Position numbers and translations under genes: made by a program
Assembly (NCBI RefSeq): GCF_041146345.1
Contig: NW_027191405.1
Location: forward strand, 1,550,001-1,614,000
DNA from: Neodothiora populina
Taxonomy: Eukaryota
DNA length: 64,000 nt
Direction: 5' to 3'
Part shown: positions 26,901 through 38,398 of the stretch, piece by piece
Layout of the letters: each line of letters begins with the position of its first letter
Position numbering within the stretch: position 1 is the first letter of the stretch
Notes under the pieces: generated by a model
Told to the model about the DNA's origin: nothing
Seen by the model: the letters and a program-made list of their open reading frames with translations, nothing else
Database searches by the model: none

Positions 26901-29900
26901 CAGAGCCTGAGAAGGCAGAGAAAGAGGACGAGAACGGCCGTCTGTTGCCGAGTGATGATCGGCAGAAGAGAGCACGCACTCAGCGTGCAGCTGGCAACGA
27001 TGTACCATTGTTTGCCGTACCGCCGAAGTCGACTGAACGCAGACCGTCACCAGTGATGCCTGTACCGGAAGAGCTCAAGTTGGGTGACAATTCATCGCCT
27101 GATGACGATAAGATTGCAGCGCCTGTTGTGCATCCCAAGCAAGATATCAGATCAAACTATAAAAACACAACCTCGAACGGTCTCGAGACTCTGCCAGAGG
27201 GACCTCACCGAGAGGAGCATGAGCGGAAAACTTCGAGTCATTACGGCCACACAAAGAACTCCAGTTCGCTGTCTGCATTGGCCAAACCATTCGAGTTCAA
27301 ACCGGGCACTACCCCTACATTCTCACCTCATGCGCAATCTCGAGCACGAAGCCCTGGCGCTTTGGAGAGCAAGCCTGACTTGAGTCCGGCCCGTGTCTTC
27401 TCACAAAACCGTGGCGCCAGCAACAACCACAAGGCTGTGGAAAGTCTGTCTTACAATACCTCCCCAGAGCCTCATAAATCATCGTACCCTCTACCCCCAC
27501 GTCCCCAAATTCAATTTCCCGAGCCTACCTTTGATGAGATCGATGCTGTCATGCAGCAACTCAACGATGATTCGGAACAGTCGCATACTTTTGCGAATGA
27601 GCACATCCGTACCGGCACGCCGGGATTGGACTCCAGTGTGGTGGTGCATCATCCTGGGATCAAGCATATGCGTCATGATGCGATCAGTCCGACTCCTGAT
27701 CAGGATCCTTTCCACAGACGCAGGGATGAGCCAGACTCTCCTCCCCCGCGACAGAGCTTCCCTGCTGAGCGACTCGAAATGCCGTCTGGTCCGTCTATAA
27801 ATTGTCTCAACCGCGGAGAGGACGTGCCCATGAGTGAATGGTCAGACGACTTGGACTTGGATGAAGACCGGGTCCAGACTCGTAGCAGGTTCTTTGATGA
27901 CAGGATAGACTCTATTGTCGGCAACATATTGCAAGATCGCCTCCAGCCGTTGGAGAAGAGCCTGCAGCAGATACACAGAGCGATCAGTACGAGATCCATC
28001 CGGGACAGGTCCAGGCCTGCTACTGGCCGGACAACTTCTGCCGTAGAAAGCGACGCCGACGATGAGGACGATCTACCGGCTGAACATCCTCCTTTCCGAC
28101 CTCTGTCTAGCAGCAACGACAAACGCGCCCAGCAAGTCAAGGCTGCTGTGCTCGAAGCCTTCGCCATCCAAGAGGCGAACACTGTGCACAAGACGCCCGG
28201 TCTATCTTCTGCGTTGGAGATCCACCATGCACTCATGGACATGAACACGACCATCGCTCGCATCGCTGGCGCTCACCTTGATGTTGACGACGTCAAGGCT
28301 ATCGTCGAGGATGCTCTGCACCGACACAGCCGCGCCTTGGTTCCTGCGGGTTCGAAACGTGGCTCGCCAAACCCCGAGGCCGAGCGCAACCATAAGCGTG
28401 CAATCACTGAGCTAGAAGGCCGCTTCAATGAAACCTTGGCTGGCAAGTTAGAGGAAGCGAACCAACGCCGTCTCATTGAAGAGCGGGAAGCCGATACTCG
28501 GAGACTTCTTCGTCTGGCTGAGGAGGAGCTTCAACTTCTGCGCGCGACCACTAGCGACCAGGACCAGAGGATATCCTCACTGCAGAGAGAATTCCAGCTA
28601 TCACTCGATCGTGCCGAGGAGGCAGAGAGTGCTAAGAGGGAGGTTGAGGCAGCAAAGAGAGAGACCGAGGCAGCCAAGCAGGATCTCGAGAAGCAGCTCT
28701 CTGATGTTGAAGCGGAGAACTCCGCATTCGAGTCTACCTTGGAGGAGTATCGCCTGTCGAGCAACAAGTGGAGGCAAGAAGTCGATGATCTGAACAGCGA
28801 GAATGAAAGCCTGAAAGGCACTGTCAATGACTTGAGAGCCCAGATTGCGGACGGCCTCAACATCCGCGAGAACATGCGTGGCAAACTCGACAAGATTCAT
28901 GCTGACATGGCTGATGCTGCCGAGCAACTGGCCACGGAGAAGTCGTCCTGGCAAAGGCGCAATGAAGACCTTCAGAAGAAGGGCATCATCTTCCAGGCCC
29001 GTCTTGAGGGTGAGATCAGCGTTCGTCGCAGCTTGGAGGAAGAGATCCAAAGCTTGAGGATTCAGGTCCACGAGGGCGTTGCCTCGAAGATTCACCTTGA
29101 GCAAGCGCTCCGCTCAAACGCAGCACAAGAGGATATCATCAACACGCTCAAGGCTGATTTGGCCGCTGAACAGACCCTTGTCGCACGTATTGAGCGCGAC
29201 CTACACGAAGCTAGAGAGTCTGGCCGCGCTGAGGTTCAGCGTACGCAGATGATCATGGAATCGAACATCGAGGCAGCGAACGGTCAAGCCGCGATCATAC
29301 GTTCCAGCCTGGAACACGAGCTCCACTTAGCCAAGAATGCGATCGATGATCTGAGAATGCACGCGGATACAGCAAAGGCACGCCATGAGCTCTTGCTCGA
29401 AGAAGAGGCAGATCTCCGACGTGATGCTCTTCGTAGGGTCAATGAAACCAGCAGCGCCACTTTGAACGAGCTTCGCGAGAAGCACGAGAATGCTCTACGA
29501 TACATGAAGGTTCAACATGAAAAAGAACTCACAAACGCTCTACAAGACAAGCAACGTGACGAGGAGTACTACCAGAGCCGCCTGAACCTCTCGGACGATC
29601 AAGTCACGCATCTGCAAGAAAGAGTGAGCCACCTCGAGGAAAGACTACAGGTCGCTCAATCAGCCGCCAAGGCGGCAGCCAGACAAGCTCAAGCTGCGAA
29701 GAATGCAATGCCTGTGCCACAAGCGCCGATTTCGCAAGCTGCACTCGATTCGGCAAAGACATCGAATGAGCCAGAGAGGGTCTCTCCACAGGCGTTGAGG
29801 GAGTCCATCCTCGTCCTGCAAGAGCAATTGCAGGAACGTGAGACCAGAATCGAGTCTTTGCAGGGGCAGATCAACAGCCTCGATACGACAGCACCTGCCA

Positions 29901-31225
29901 AACTGAAGGAGCGCGACACGGAGATTACATGGCTGCGTGAGCTTCTGGCCGTGAGAAACGAGGACCTCTCTGAGCTGATCCGTCAGCTTGAGAAGGACGG
30001 TTTCGATCGCGAGGCTGTACGTGACTATGCCATTAGGATCCGTGCAGGCATCCAGATGGAACAGGCAGAGAAGGAACGGCTCATCTCTGCAGGCACCAGC
30101 AAGGCTGCTCAAGCGGTCGCAGGGCTAGTCAATGTCGCCTCACCGGGTGCAGCAAGACTTGCATCCGCATGGGGCAATTGGAGGAAGGGAAGAACCGAGT
30201 CCAGCTCTAGCTCGCGTGCTGCAGCTCCAGCTCCAGCGTCCTCGGCGCCGTCGGCAAGTAGAACAAGCAGAGCTCTCGGTAAAGCACCATCGTCTGCGCC
30301 TATTCTGCGAGCACAGTCACAAGCTCTTCGCCCACGCTCCACAGACAGACGTGCTGCTACTCCCTCAAAGCCAAACGCTCCCTCGGCTCTTTCTAGCTCG
30401 GGCATCTTTGCCGGACTGATGACGCCTCCGGCGTCGAACTTGCGACGCACGCCATCTCCGGACCCATCCTCATCTTCAGCAGCGATGGGTGCAGCACCAA
30501 TGGAAGTAGAGATGTCGGGTACGATGATGCCCCAGTACCAGCAGGGAACCGTCAATCCAGCATTCACTCAAGCCCCACCACCTGGATTTGGACCCCGGAA
30601 GTCCAGTCCTCTGAGCCAGACGGACGACTCGGCGCCAGGCCTGTTCGGCGGCTCGGGCTACGACAGCGATGCCGAGGTTGGCCCTGTGCCCGAGGGTAGT
30701 CTCGGAGGCGACGATGATGTGCTTGGAGGTGGAGACGAAGACGATGATGACGACGATTTGCTGAACGAAGCTGATGTTGGACGGGGTGTTCTGGGCGCTG
30801 TGTCGCCTAAGGCTGGAGAGGACGAAGACGAGGAGGAGAAGAAGAGGGAGGAGGAGGTAGAGGTCAAGGCAGAGGCGCAGCAAGATCACCACCAAGACCA
30901 GCATCGCCAAGACCAGCATCAGCATCGGCATCAGCAGCAGGAACAACAAGTCAAAGCAGAAGAGGAAGAGGACAAAGACTCGCAAGAGGGCCCCTCAGCC
31001 AGCGGCGACAACTACACCTACAACAACGGCATCAACGGCAGCAGCGGCTACGAAATCGAACGTCACGGTCAGCAACAAGACAACATGAACGGGAGGCCTG
31101 GAGACGAGGACGGAGACGAAGACGACGACGAAGACGACGACGACGATGATGGAAACAGCATGTGCATGAACATGGCCGAGGAGACGCTGGGTCGTAGTCT
31201 GGCTGCTGAATTGGAGAACCTGTAG
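23948..31225 (+). CDS. Very large low-complexity/coiled-coil protein (type often labelled 'myosin class II heavy chain' in fungi, but no motor domain seen)
   Basis: 2425-codon open frame with a heptad-rich region at ~28380-30090 and an acidic tail. True start uncertain: splice acceptor at ~23921, possible ATG at 23765. Confidence 0.85.
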   Translation: MSPSLPPTATPPRTETSKPRNYVSTLTSSPAQSLWTAPTGKRSEDSYYASSPSPARRHSVRDHAHLQPRFTVDTPSTGPANSVRDGLSEDANTYYTASWGSPYPLASREALLDSSARLIAEQARTRPPGSGSESPTDIPPFGLDYLLPSRIPTHSRDVTPLFGLEHLIPSRLPLQQSHLNQAFRESLPSPREPSLQPADLTPVRHQVTRSLTEDWVYQYTSGHWRSERGNWLSDESAGSDTSSEKSEDFKTPIPFTWFSGRHRRRNSTSVDSPSLTRIGIRRPSSKHSSQTTDSFRRHKSRQSNVTLKQEDFWNITKQDESKAEGDMSLFESRWAADTAKQTQEEDNKENFDHSMTSNSTPASADQTSAMRAAEKPQVLMQRPESVTQIAHIDKPLPPPPPPEEAEDGVGVSDKGVSDKISHPPVPKDALSVPLPRQRTKLSWKGKACWVGLPETGPDAYGRPIPMTARQVDERIKRFQDAGYSTRGFDVEGYWSGGAVSQSRTMYPDPSDDAVARQERQFQVRVPNPRLWKEYMDQQIEAKLAALGVSLGEEPAPAPPPMSRQASGHFPGRISPNNIAASIAAGSHRSTPSLAHFSTAGHSHSASVASPLSMGGPPGHMQRHSVFGMPFGFPQQQTGHSGLPASTPGQHFNMSGISRGESPALERLRSDSVGPLKSPHSPFTGIPPFGMSKSPQMNPEMVNVPPHLRHQSVYSSFSPQPSITPGIRPQAVLPELREDEEEQVPDYFAGVMPESRQPEIAQPSPRGRGHSHNISEGLEKDIQEAEYHLERSIEREMNESEIHPRFGDSTRSQAKQAQQAYVPPGKRASLGMNGQIERTPSAPRLPSEGLTGAGYGAPGQNNMVKPRGHGSKLSVAAPEFRFQPGAFPQTFAPASFAPTPEETLEDVHVQVPNLPPNGFGGFGGTTLPSSNFDFSSSVTHMPPVIPEPTQTEAQFPSIFGNVSMSDMVKPAKRSKAVAIKAPSTPAEPEKAEKEDENGRLLPSDDRQKRARTQRAAGNDVPLFAVPPKSTERRPSPVMPVPEELKLGDNSSPDDDKIAAPVVHPKQDIRSNYKNTTSNGLETLPEGPHREEHERKTSSHYGHTKNSSSLSALAKPFEFKPGTTPTFSPHAQSRARSPGALESKPDLSPARVFSQNRGASNNHKAVESLSYNTSPEPHKSSYPLPPRPQIQFPEPTFDEIDAVMQQLNDDSEQSHTFANEHIRTGTPGLDSSVVVHHPGIKHMRHDAISPTPDQDPFHRRRDEPDSPPPRQSFPAERLEMPSGPSINCLNRGEDVPMSEWSDDLDLDEDRVQTRSRFFDDRIDSIVGNILQDRLQPLEKSLQQIHRAISTRSIRDRSRPATGRTTSAVESDADDEDDLPAEHPPFRPLSSSNDKRAQQVKAAVLEAFAIQEANTVHKTPGLSSALEIHHALMDMNTTIARIAGAHLDVDDVKAIVEDALHRHSRALVPAGSKRGSPNPEAERNHKRAITELEGRFNETLAGKLEEANQRRLIEEREADTRRLLRLAEEELQLLRATTSDQDQRISSLQREFQLSLDRAEEAESAKREVEAAKRETEAAKQDLEKQLSDVEAENSAFESTLEEYRLSSNKWRQEVDDLNSENESLKGTVNDLRAQIADGLNIRENMRGKLDKIHADMADAAEQLATEKSSWQRRNEDLQKKGIIFQARLEGEISVRRSLEEEIQSLRIQVHEGVASKIHLEQALRSNAAQEDIINTLKADLAAEQTLVARIERDLHEARESGRAEVQRTQMIMESNIEAANGQAAIIRSSLEHELHLAKNAIDDLRMHADTAKARHELLLEEEADLRRDALRRVNETSSATLNELREKHENALRYMKVQHEKELTNALQDKQRDEEYYQSRLNLSDDQVTHLQERVSHLEERLQVAQSAAKAAARQAQAAKNAMPVPQAPISQAALDSAKTSNEPERVSPQALRESILVLQEQLQERETRIESLQGQINSLDTTAPAKLKERDTEITWLRELLAVRNEDLSELIRQLEKDGFDREAVRDYAIRIRAGIQMEQAEKERLISAGTSKAAQAVAGLVNVASPGAARLASAWGNWRKGRTESSSSSRAAAPAPASSAPSASRTSRALGKAPSSAPILRAQSQALRPRSTDRRAATPSKPNAPSALSSSGIFAGLMTPPASNLRRTPSPDPSSSSAAMGAAPMEVEMSGTMMPQYQQGTVNPAFTQAPPPGFGPRKSSPLSQTDDSAPGLFGGSGYDSDAEVGPVPEGSLGGDDDVLGGGDEDDDDDDLLNEADVGRGVLGAVSPKAGEDEDEEEKKREEEVEVKAEAQQDHHQDQHRQDQHQHRHQQQEQQVKAEEEEDKDSQEGPSASGDNYTYNNGINGSSGYEIERHGQQQDNMNGRPGDEDGDEDDDEDDDDDDGNSMCMNMAEETLGRSLAAELENL

Positions 31226-32325
31226 GCTTGACTCTGCAGTCGTCTCTGGCACATCGAGGGGTTGGTAGGTAGGCACAAGCAGGCTTACTCCAAAAATTGC
31301 TGGATGGAGTCGGTGTTTTTCTCTTTGTCTCAGGTCAAGGAGAAGAAGGGAAGCGGAGGAGGATTCCATCATCAATACTGAAGGATCGGTAGACGAGAAG
31401 GGGGAAAAGACTCGGGTATGGGAGGAGAAATAAACTTATTTGCACCAAAAAAGTCGGAAGAAACACGTTGTATGTGAGTAGTGAGTTGTAAACAAAGACG
31501 AGAGCAAGAAATTGTATTATTCTACGGGGATCTAAAAAGGCTTTTTTCTCACATGGTGATGATGGCGGCAGAAAAGGGAGAAAAGGGAGAGGTGTGGGGA
31601 AATAAGAACAGATCATATCAGACAGAGACAGAAATTGAACCGCCGCCGCAGTAGTAGTATAGTAGTACGATAGTAGTATTAATCATAAGCATCAGCACAA
31701 CCACCATCGCTCAGCAGCAGTGGCACCTCACATATACCCAAACGTCGCACACGCAGCATGTGGTCAGAAGCTTTCTGGTTTGGTACGAAAAGAACAACAG
31801 TGGTATTGATTTTGATAAAGAAAAAAAGGGACTCCTCCGATAGGTACAAGCTCCGATGCTATGCTTTCGATACGCCTTTCCTTCCCTGCTGACTTTGGCA
31901 TTGACTGAATTTCAGCTCGAGGGACCAAATGATAACAAGAAAAAAATCCAGAAACGCCTCCGGCTGTCTTTCGTGTGTGCAATTTGCTGCCTTGTGCATT
32001 AGAAGTGTCACGAGAAGCGTGTGTCGTTCTATGCCTGGTCATGTCTCTTGGCGCAAGAGGTCGGTCATGTCGTGGTGTTCTTATCCGGCGCATTTGGGTT
32101 GAGATGCACTGACGGTTCGAGTGTATTACAGGACAGTGTCCGCTTGCGAGGGTCTGCGATGGGCGAGATAGAGCGGCTTTTGTACAAGTCTCATCTGGTG
32201 AGGTCAAGCGGGCGGGAGAATGGTGCGATGGTCTGAGTCCTTTGGCAGTGGACTTGGTTGGCGCAGAGTGATGGTGACACATGATGGTTTATTCTATGCT
32301 GGGAGTTCGTATGGCCGCACAGCAT

Positions 32326-32663
32326 CTATCGTGCCTCGAACTGGATCATTCTGGGCAGAAAGCATTAGTCAGCAGGTGATCATGACAGCCCTGAGAAAAA
32401 GCGTCTCGTCTCGTCTCGTCTCGTCTCGTCTCGTCTCACCTGTTGGTGCGTTGCTTGTAGAGCACACGGTATCCGCACTCCTTGCATCTGATGGGATCGC
32501 CTCTCTTCAGGGTGACCTTGGTGTCACAGTCTCCACAGAGGTATGCGACGGGGCGGTTCGAGTCCTCGAAGGGTGCAGAGGTGGATGCGAAGCCGGTGCC
32601 TGCTGCTGCTCCGCCGGCGTTCTGGGAAGAGAGGTCCGGGGCTGTGTATTGTTCGCGAGACAT
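32326..32663 (-). CDS. RPC10: RNA polymerase I/II/III shared subunit RPABC4 (Rpb12/Rpc10)
   Basis: YLCGDC...[25 protein letters not shown]. One intron at ~32351-32439. Confidence 0.95.
32402..32436. repeat. (CGTCT)7 microsatellite in the RPC10 intron
   Basis: Perfect pentamer tandem array abutting the splice donor. Confidence 0.92.
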
Positions 32664-33362
32664 GGTTGGATTTGTCGATTATGTCGATTATGTGGATAGG
32701 TGCGGTGATAGCAGCAGTGTTGGTGGTGATGATGGATGGACAGACACAAAAGACCGAGAGAGGGAAGATGGAACTTGTAGATGCCAAGACTTGACATGTG
32801 CTGCGCTCTTTCCCTCTTCTTCCTCTCCTCTTCTGTCGCCGGAGTCTCGGCGCTCTTCCGCCCGCGAGTAATTGCAATGGTTAATGGTTGCCTACTGCAT
32901 CAGGTGCGGTGAAAATGGCTGGAACATGACAAAGAACGTCCAAGCACCCGGTCTATCTTACCTTACCTTAGGTATTGTACGGAGTACTTGTCTCGCTGCG
33001 ACAAGCCGATGAACTGATAAGGCCGTGTTTTTTTCTTTATCGATTCCTCATTTTATCGCTGACCAACACACGTCGCCGTCATTGGGTCATAGTCCGACAA
33101 CGGAATCCGCTCCTTCTCTCGTCGCTCTATTGTTTCCTTTGCGCATCTGGTCGTCGTCTTTTCTTTCTTTTCATGTAATGCAGAATAATGCTACAGTGTC
33201 CGGTCTCATCCCACACTCCTTTTTGGATACTGGTCTTCCTGTGCAATTGCCTCACGTGACACGAGACCCCTCCAAGAACATATCTTGTCGTAGCCCAGAG
33301 GGTAACCCATTTTCCGCCACCTTTGCCATTGCAGGCGCCGAAGAACATCTACCACCACAGCC

Positions 33363-35366
33363 ATGTCGGCCATCCTGAGCGCAGACGATCTCAACGATTT
33401 CATTTCTCCCGGTGTCGCGTGCATCAAGCCCGTCGAGACCCTGCCCAAACAGCAACCATCAGACTCCACCAGCAACCCTTACGAAGTCACGACCGAAGAC
33501 AAAGTCGCCGCAGCCGATGCTCCTCCCGCCTCCATCTCCTTGACCGACTGTCTGGCCTGTTCGGGCTGCGTGACGTCTGCCGAAGCCGTCCTGGTATCTC
33601 TCCAATCACATGCCGAAGTTCTCTCCACCCTCGACGCATACCCTGAATTGCCTGTACCCTCTTCGACACAGACCGACTTGAAGGGTCAGGATGGCAAGAT
33701 CTTCATCGCGAGTGTCAGTCCACAGACGCGCGCGAGTATAGCAGCCACATACAACGTCAGCGAAGGACAGGCCTCGAATATGATCGCACAACTATTGTCG
33801 GGGCCTCGAGGTCTGCGCAGCGGGGGAGCAAGCCACAGCGGCTTCACATGGATCCTGGACACCAACACCCTACGCGACATCGCCCTCGTGTCGGCAGCAG
33901 ATGAGGTGGCCGCGTCGCTGTCTTCAGACCCAACGAGAGAAGAACAACCGAAGAAGCCAGTACTGGCCTCTGCGTGTCCAGGCTGGATCTGTTATGCTGA
34001 GAAAACACACCCCCACGTCCTGCCGCATATCTCTCGTCTCAAATCACCCCAAGCGCTGGCTGGTACCTTGGTCAAGAGTGTCCTCGCCCGTCGTTTTGGT
34101 CTACGACCCTCGCAGATCTGGCACCTGGCCGTCATGCCATGCTTTGACAAGAAACTCGAAGCCTCACGAGAAGAACTGACAGACATGCACTGGGACGATG
34201 CCGTTTCAACGCCGCACCAGCAGCGAACAGGCATCAGAGACGTCGACTGTGTCATCACCGCCCGTGAACTCCTGATGCTGGCCGAAGCACGCGACATTTC
34301 TTTCCCTCTGCTCCCACGAACACCACTGCAGCGTTCGTCTGCTTATCGCCCGCGTTTCCCTGATCCTCGACTCGACTCTTTTCTCTTTCCCTCCGCCGCC
34401 GCTTCGAAAGCGAGGAAGCAGACCGACGCGGCGGCGGGAACGAGCGGAGGATACCTCCACCACATTCTTCACACCCACCTACACAACCTACAAACAACCA
34501 CTCATCCTGAGGCGCGCATCGTTACAAAAAGAGGCAGAAACGCAGACGTCATCGATTACGAGATTGTCGCCGACAGCCGCAACGAAGAAGCCGAAGTCTT
34601 GTTTCGTACAGCACGCTACTACGGCTTCAGAAACATCCAGAACCTCGTCCGTCGACTGAAACCCGCCCGCGTCTCAAGACTACCCGGCGCCGCGGCAAGG
34701 AGCGCTGTTCGCAAGCCCATGGGCAGGACAGCAGGCGGCGCTGCCACGCCTGCGCCTGCCATGCAAGACTATGCGTTCATAGAAGTCATGGCCTGCCCAG
34801 GCGGCTGCACCAACGGCGGAGGCCAGATCAAAGTCGGCGATGTAGCATCCCTGCGCCTTCAGGGTGTCCCCGAGGCACCACACAATGACGACAATACCGG
34901 CGCTGGTATCTCAAGCGGGATCGAAAACGGAAGCCCAGAGCAAAAAGTCTTGCCCGCACAAAAGGAATGGCTGGGATTTGTAGACGAAGCTTACTTTTCC
35001 GCCTCTTCCTCTCTGGACGACGACGAGGACGAGGACGACGCCTCTTCCCCAGCTGACACGCCAATGACAAACGGCGACAGCACAGCAGCAAAGGCCGAAA
35101 CGATCATAAACTCCATCTCTCACACTCAGATCTCACACGTCGTCTCCCACTGGTCTGAATTGACCTCCATCGACGCCGAGAAGCTCATCTTCACTTCTTA
35201 CAGGAGAGTCGACAGCGACGTGGGTGACCAGAACGGTCAGCAGGCAGAAGACTTCGTGTCGCAAGATAGTGTTGTTGGTGAGAAGAGCAGAAGACCGAAG
35301 AAGAAGGCAATCAGTGACGTCGAGAGAGTGGCTGGGTTGGCTAATTCTATTGGTGGAGGATGGTAA
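33363..35366 (+). CDS. NAR1: Cytosolic Fe-S cluster assembly factor Nar1 (iron-only hydrogenase-like)
   Basis: [88 protein letters not shown]. Confidence 0.96.
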   Translation: MSAILSADDLNDFISPGVACIKPVETLPKQQPSDSTSNPYEVTTEDKVAAADAPPASISLTDCLACSGCVTSAEAVLVSLQSHAEVLSTLDAYPELPVPSSTQTDLKGQDGKIFIASVSPQTRASIAATYNVSEGQASNMIAQLLSGPRGLRSGGASHSGFTWILDTNTLRDIALVSAADEVAASLSSDPTREEQPKKPVLASACPGWICYAEKTHPHVLPHISRLKSPQALAGTLVKSVLARRFGLRPSQIWHLAVMPCFDKKLEASREELTDMHWDDAVSTPHQQRTGIRDVDCVITARELLMLAEARDISFPLLPRTPLQRSSAYRPRFPDPRLDSFLFPSAAASKARKQTDAAAGTSGGYLHHILHTHLHNLQTTTHPEARIVTKRGRNADVIDYEIVADSRNEEAEVLFRTARYYGFRNIQNLVRRLKPARVSRLPGAAARSAVRKPMGRTAGGAATPAPAMQDYAFIEVMACPGGCTNGGGQIKVGDVASLRLQGVPEAPHNDDNTGAGISSGIENGSPEQKVLPAQKEWLGFVDEAYFSASSSLDDDEDEDDASSPADTPMTNGDSTAAKAETIINSISHTQISHVVSHWSELTSIDAEKLIFTSYRRVDSDVGDQNGQQAEDFVSQDSVVGEKSRRPKKKAISDVERVAGLANSIGGGW

Positions 35367-35757
35367 GGTTCTTTGTTCACATCTTCTTTACCTCTTCGTT
35401 TCACCGTTCTGGGTTCTCGCTTCATAAATATACCTATATATCGGATGCCTTTTGGTTTGGGAATGGAAAGCATTCTGCATAGCGCCCTGCGGGGTTTGAT
35501 TTTACGGGGCTGGGTTAAGGAATCAAGGGATACAGTACAATACAGGCCCCCCATCCACGATTAGCATATGGGACATGACTACGAGTCCTACATTTATACA
35601 ACATGCATGCATATACTTGCAATCTCTATCTCTTCGAAACAATACCAGCAAAACGTGTGTCCCCAGATACACAAGTTTTCATTCAAAGCAAGGAGGCGTA
35701 GGCCAAGCACATGCAGGGGTCCAGCCACAGCCAGCGACGCAAAGACCAAGAGAAACA

Positions 35758-37662
35758 TCAACCCATCGCCGGGCCCGCAGAAAACGTTGTCGCCCTCGTC
35801 GTCGACGTTGACGACGACGACACCAACTCCGACGAAGCCGGGGACGAAGCCGCCGACAACGAAAGCGGGTAAAATATGTCCATATCCCTGGGAACATACA
35901 GAAACGGCTGCGGCTGCGCCAGCCCGACAAGGCAATTCCCCAGCACCTCTACCGCGCGCGCGGCGACGACATTGCGATCTTTGGTCACGGACAAGAAATC
36001 CACACAGCGCCTGACGTCGTCGACATAGCCCGCTGACGCCCGAGGGTCGGCGAAGCGGGCCTCGACGACGAGCGTGATAGCCGCCGAAAACAGATTCGAG
36101 GCGATGGCCCAGGGCCGGTGGCGCGCCGACGCGGCGGTGTAGCGGTCGTCGACCAGCGAGACGATGGCTTGGGCTGAGCCGACGCAGATGGCTTGCGTGC
36201 GGGCGTGAGAATTGGGTTTCTGCACCCATTGGTCTTGGAGCACGCGGTTTATCGCCATGCGGTAGTACAGGATTGTCATGGAGAGGTTGTTGCGTTGCCA
36301 GGAGAGCCAGGGCCGAGTGCTGGGGTGGTCGGGCGAGTGCGAGGGCGAGTCTTCTTGCAGGTGGATTGGGAGGTCGGCGATGATGTTCGCTAGCGCTTCG
36401 TCGCTGTGTAGGACTAGAGCTTCGAGCTCGTCGGGGCTGTGGCGCGCTGTGGTCAGCGAGGTTCGGAATCCGTGCCATAGTTTGGATATCGCTATCATGG
36501 CGAGGTGGTATTGCACTGCACGCGGACGTGGTCGTCGTGGTGAGTGATCGCATGGGAGAGGGCTCTGGCCTTCGAGCTCTTCGTCGTCGATGTCCAGGGG
36601 CAGTGCGACGTCGAAGTCTGTCTGTCTCACCAAAGGCAGTCCCAGGGGTCGCTGTAGCCATTCGCAAATCACCAAAGTCCACCATACGCGACGACGGACT
36701 TCGTTGTCGAGGATGGATGCCGACATGTGATGCGAATCCGAGTCCAGGTGGAGGTTCTGGGCAATGCGTAGCCCGCTTGCTAGATGGGTCGAGTGCAGAC
36801 CAAAGTCGCCCATACCCTTGTACAACCCCAACAATATGGCGATGGTCTGGACCGTCCGCATGTTGTGCTGTCGCATAAAGTCTGCTCTGTTCAAGTAGCA
36901 AATCGACGCTTCGTACCAGTTCTCAAGCACTGTCGCGACGTGATCGTGAGGCAGCCCTGCCATTACTGCTTCTTGCTCGTCAAGGAACAACAGAGTCACT
37001 GCGAGGAACCCATAATATATTGCTAACCAGGACGGGTCCGTATGCAACGCTGATTGCGTGTTGGACCAATACATTTCATGTTCTCGTCGGAATGTTGGAA
37101 CATGCACTGCAAAGTGGATCCACGATGTCCACACGATGCCGTGTTCCACCAGATATTTACTGCAGCCTCGAGTCGGAATGAAAACATCGTTAGGCGATGA
37201 CACCGCAGATGGACGCTTCGCATTCAGGTCGGCAGGGTGTACATAGTTCTCAAAGGCTTCTGTGATTGTAGGACTGCCACCAAGTACCCACGAAGGGTCC
37301 ACCAGTTCAGTAGGTGCTTGAGTGTTAGTTTGAAGAGCGAGTTTCAGACGTCGATTTTCTTCCAACAGGTCCGAGTACGACAGACTGTCAGGCTTTCCGG
37401 TGACTCCCCTGACCATGGAAGTCAGTGACGTCTCATGCGGTCTACAGTGCGGGTTCAGTCCGTACGATATGATCTTGCCTTTGACACGAACAGTCTCGCG
37501 AGTGCAAGAGGTCTCTAGACCTCTAGCTATACATGTTTGGCAGGGTATATTTTTGTCACATTTTATCCGTTTCTTGGAACATCTTATACACGAGCGAGGC
37601 ACTCTCTGACTGCATCTTATTTTGGAAGATGTCGATTCCGCTCCACTGAAACTCTGGAACAT
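35758..37662 (-). CDS. Zn(II)2Cys6 fungal transcription factor
   Basis: SCIRCSKKRIKCDKNIPCQTCIARGLETSC binuclear cluster and a fungal TF middle domain (EVRRRVWWTLVICEW). Probable in-frame 57-nt intron at 37409-37465. Confidence 0.9.
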   Translation of the reverse strand: MFQSFSGAESTSSKIRCSQRVPRSCIRCSKKRIKCDKNIPCQTCIARGLETSCTRETVRVKGKIISYGLNPHCRPHETSLTSMVRGVTGKPDSLSYSDLLEENRRLKLALQTNTQAPTELVDPSWVLGGSPTITEAFENYVHPADLNAKRPSAVSSPNDVFIPTRGCSKYLVEHGIVWTSWIHFAVHVPTFRREHEMYWSNTQSALHTDPSWLAIYYGFLAVTLLFLDEQEAVMAGLPHDHVATVLENWYEASICYLNRADFMRQHNMRTVQTIAILLGLYKGMGDFGLHSTHLASGLRIAQNLHLDSDSHHMSASILDNEVRRRVWWTLVICEWLQRPLGLPLVRQTDFDVALPLDIDDEELEGQSPLPCDHSPRRPRPRAVQYHLAMIAISKLWHGFRTSLTTARHSPDELEALVLHSDEALANIIADLPIHLQEDSPSHSPDHPSTRPWLSWQRNNLSMTILYYRMAINRVLQDQWVQKPNSHARTQAICVGSAQAIVSLVDDRYTAASARHRPWAIASNLFSAAITLVVEARFADPRASAGYVDDVRRCVDFLSVTKDRNVVAARAVEVLGNCLVGLAQPQPFLYVPRDMDIFYPLSLSAASSPASSELVSSSSTSTTRATTFSAGPAMG

Positions 37663-38220
37663 GACTGAGTCGGCGAAACTCGATCTAGATCTTGGTCTGA
37701 TCTAGCTGCCCACCCGGGAGCGGTAGGCCGAGAAGGGCGTGGACCTCAGTGAGAGGCTTCCCTCGGCGGTTCTAACACAATGCACAGAGCATTCAGTGGC
37801 GAGATGGAGTAAGAGTGATCAGCCGTTCATGAGAGCAACAGGCGTTGTAGATTTTGTACTCGGGCGAGTTGGAACCTAGGCGAAACATACACATGGCGCT
37901 CGCCATGTTATTTAAACGTATTTCGATGACATCCGCAAGGGACACTTATCGGACGTCCTACATTAAAGATACCGAAACCCCCATGACAAGTAGCCGACAC
38001 GGGGATCGGGCCGTAGATAGTAGTGGTTCTCGCATAAGCCAGGAGTCCATTCAATACTTCTGTATGAGGCTGATGAACAATAATATCTCGTACATCGTAG
38101 CACACTCTGCATATATCATCACGTCCAACATTATCCAAGTCGCTGTCCAATGGTCCACTGCTGGGGTCAAGTGCGCTAAGGGTCAGTCTCGGGCGAGATA
38201 GTCAGCTACTCCACATCTGG

Positions 38221-38243
38221 TGGCCGAAGTGCATGTTCGGCCA
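38221..38243. promoter_or_regulatory. Inverted repeat TGGCCGAA-N7-TTCGGCCA, candidate Zn2Cys6 binding site
   Basis: Perfect 8-bp arms containing an everted CCG-N11-CGG, upstream of TATAAA (~38344) in the TF/dioxygenase divergent promoter. Confidence 0.4.
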
Positions 38244-38398
38244 GTATTGAGGATAGCCACCAGCAGGAGTGATACATAAAATGACTGGCTTGCAAGACAT
38301 AAGCTCAGCTCTTTCAAAGCAGCCTTGCACTTATCACGGCAACTATAAACGCCATCTCATATTTACAAACCTATCAGTAGAACTACACAACAGCCAGA

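Noticed and set aside
35594..36901. 435-aa alternative-frame ORF overlapping the Zn2Cys6 TF
   Set aside because: Arg/Pro-rich shadow frame in GC-rich coding DNA with no recognisable motif.
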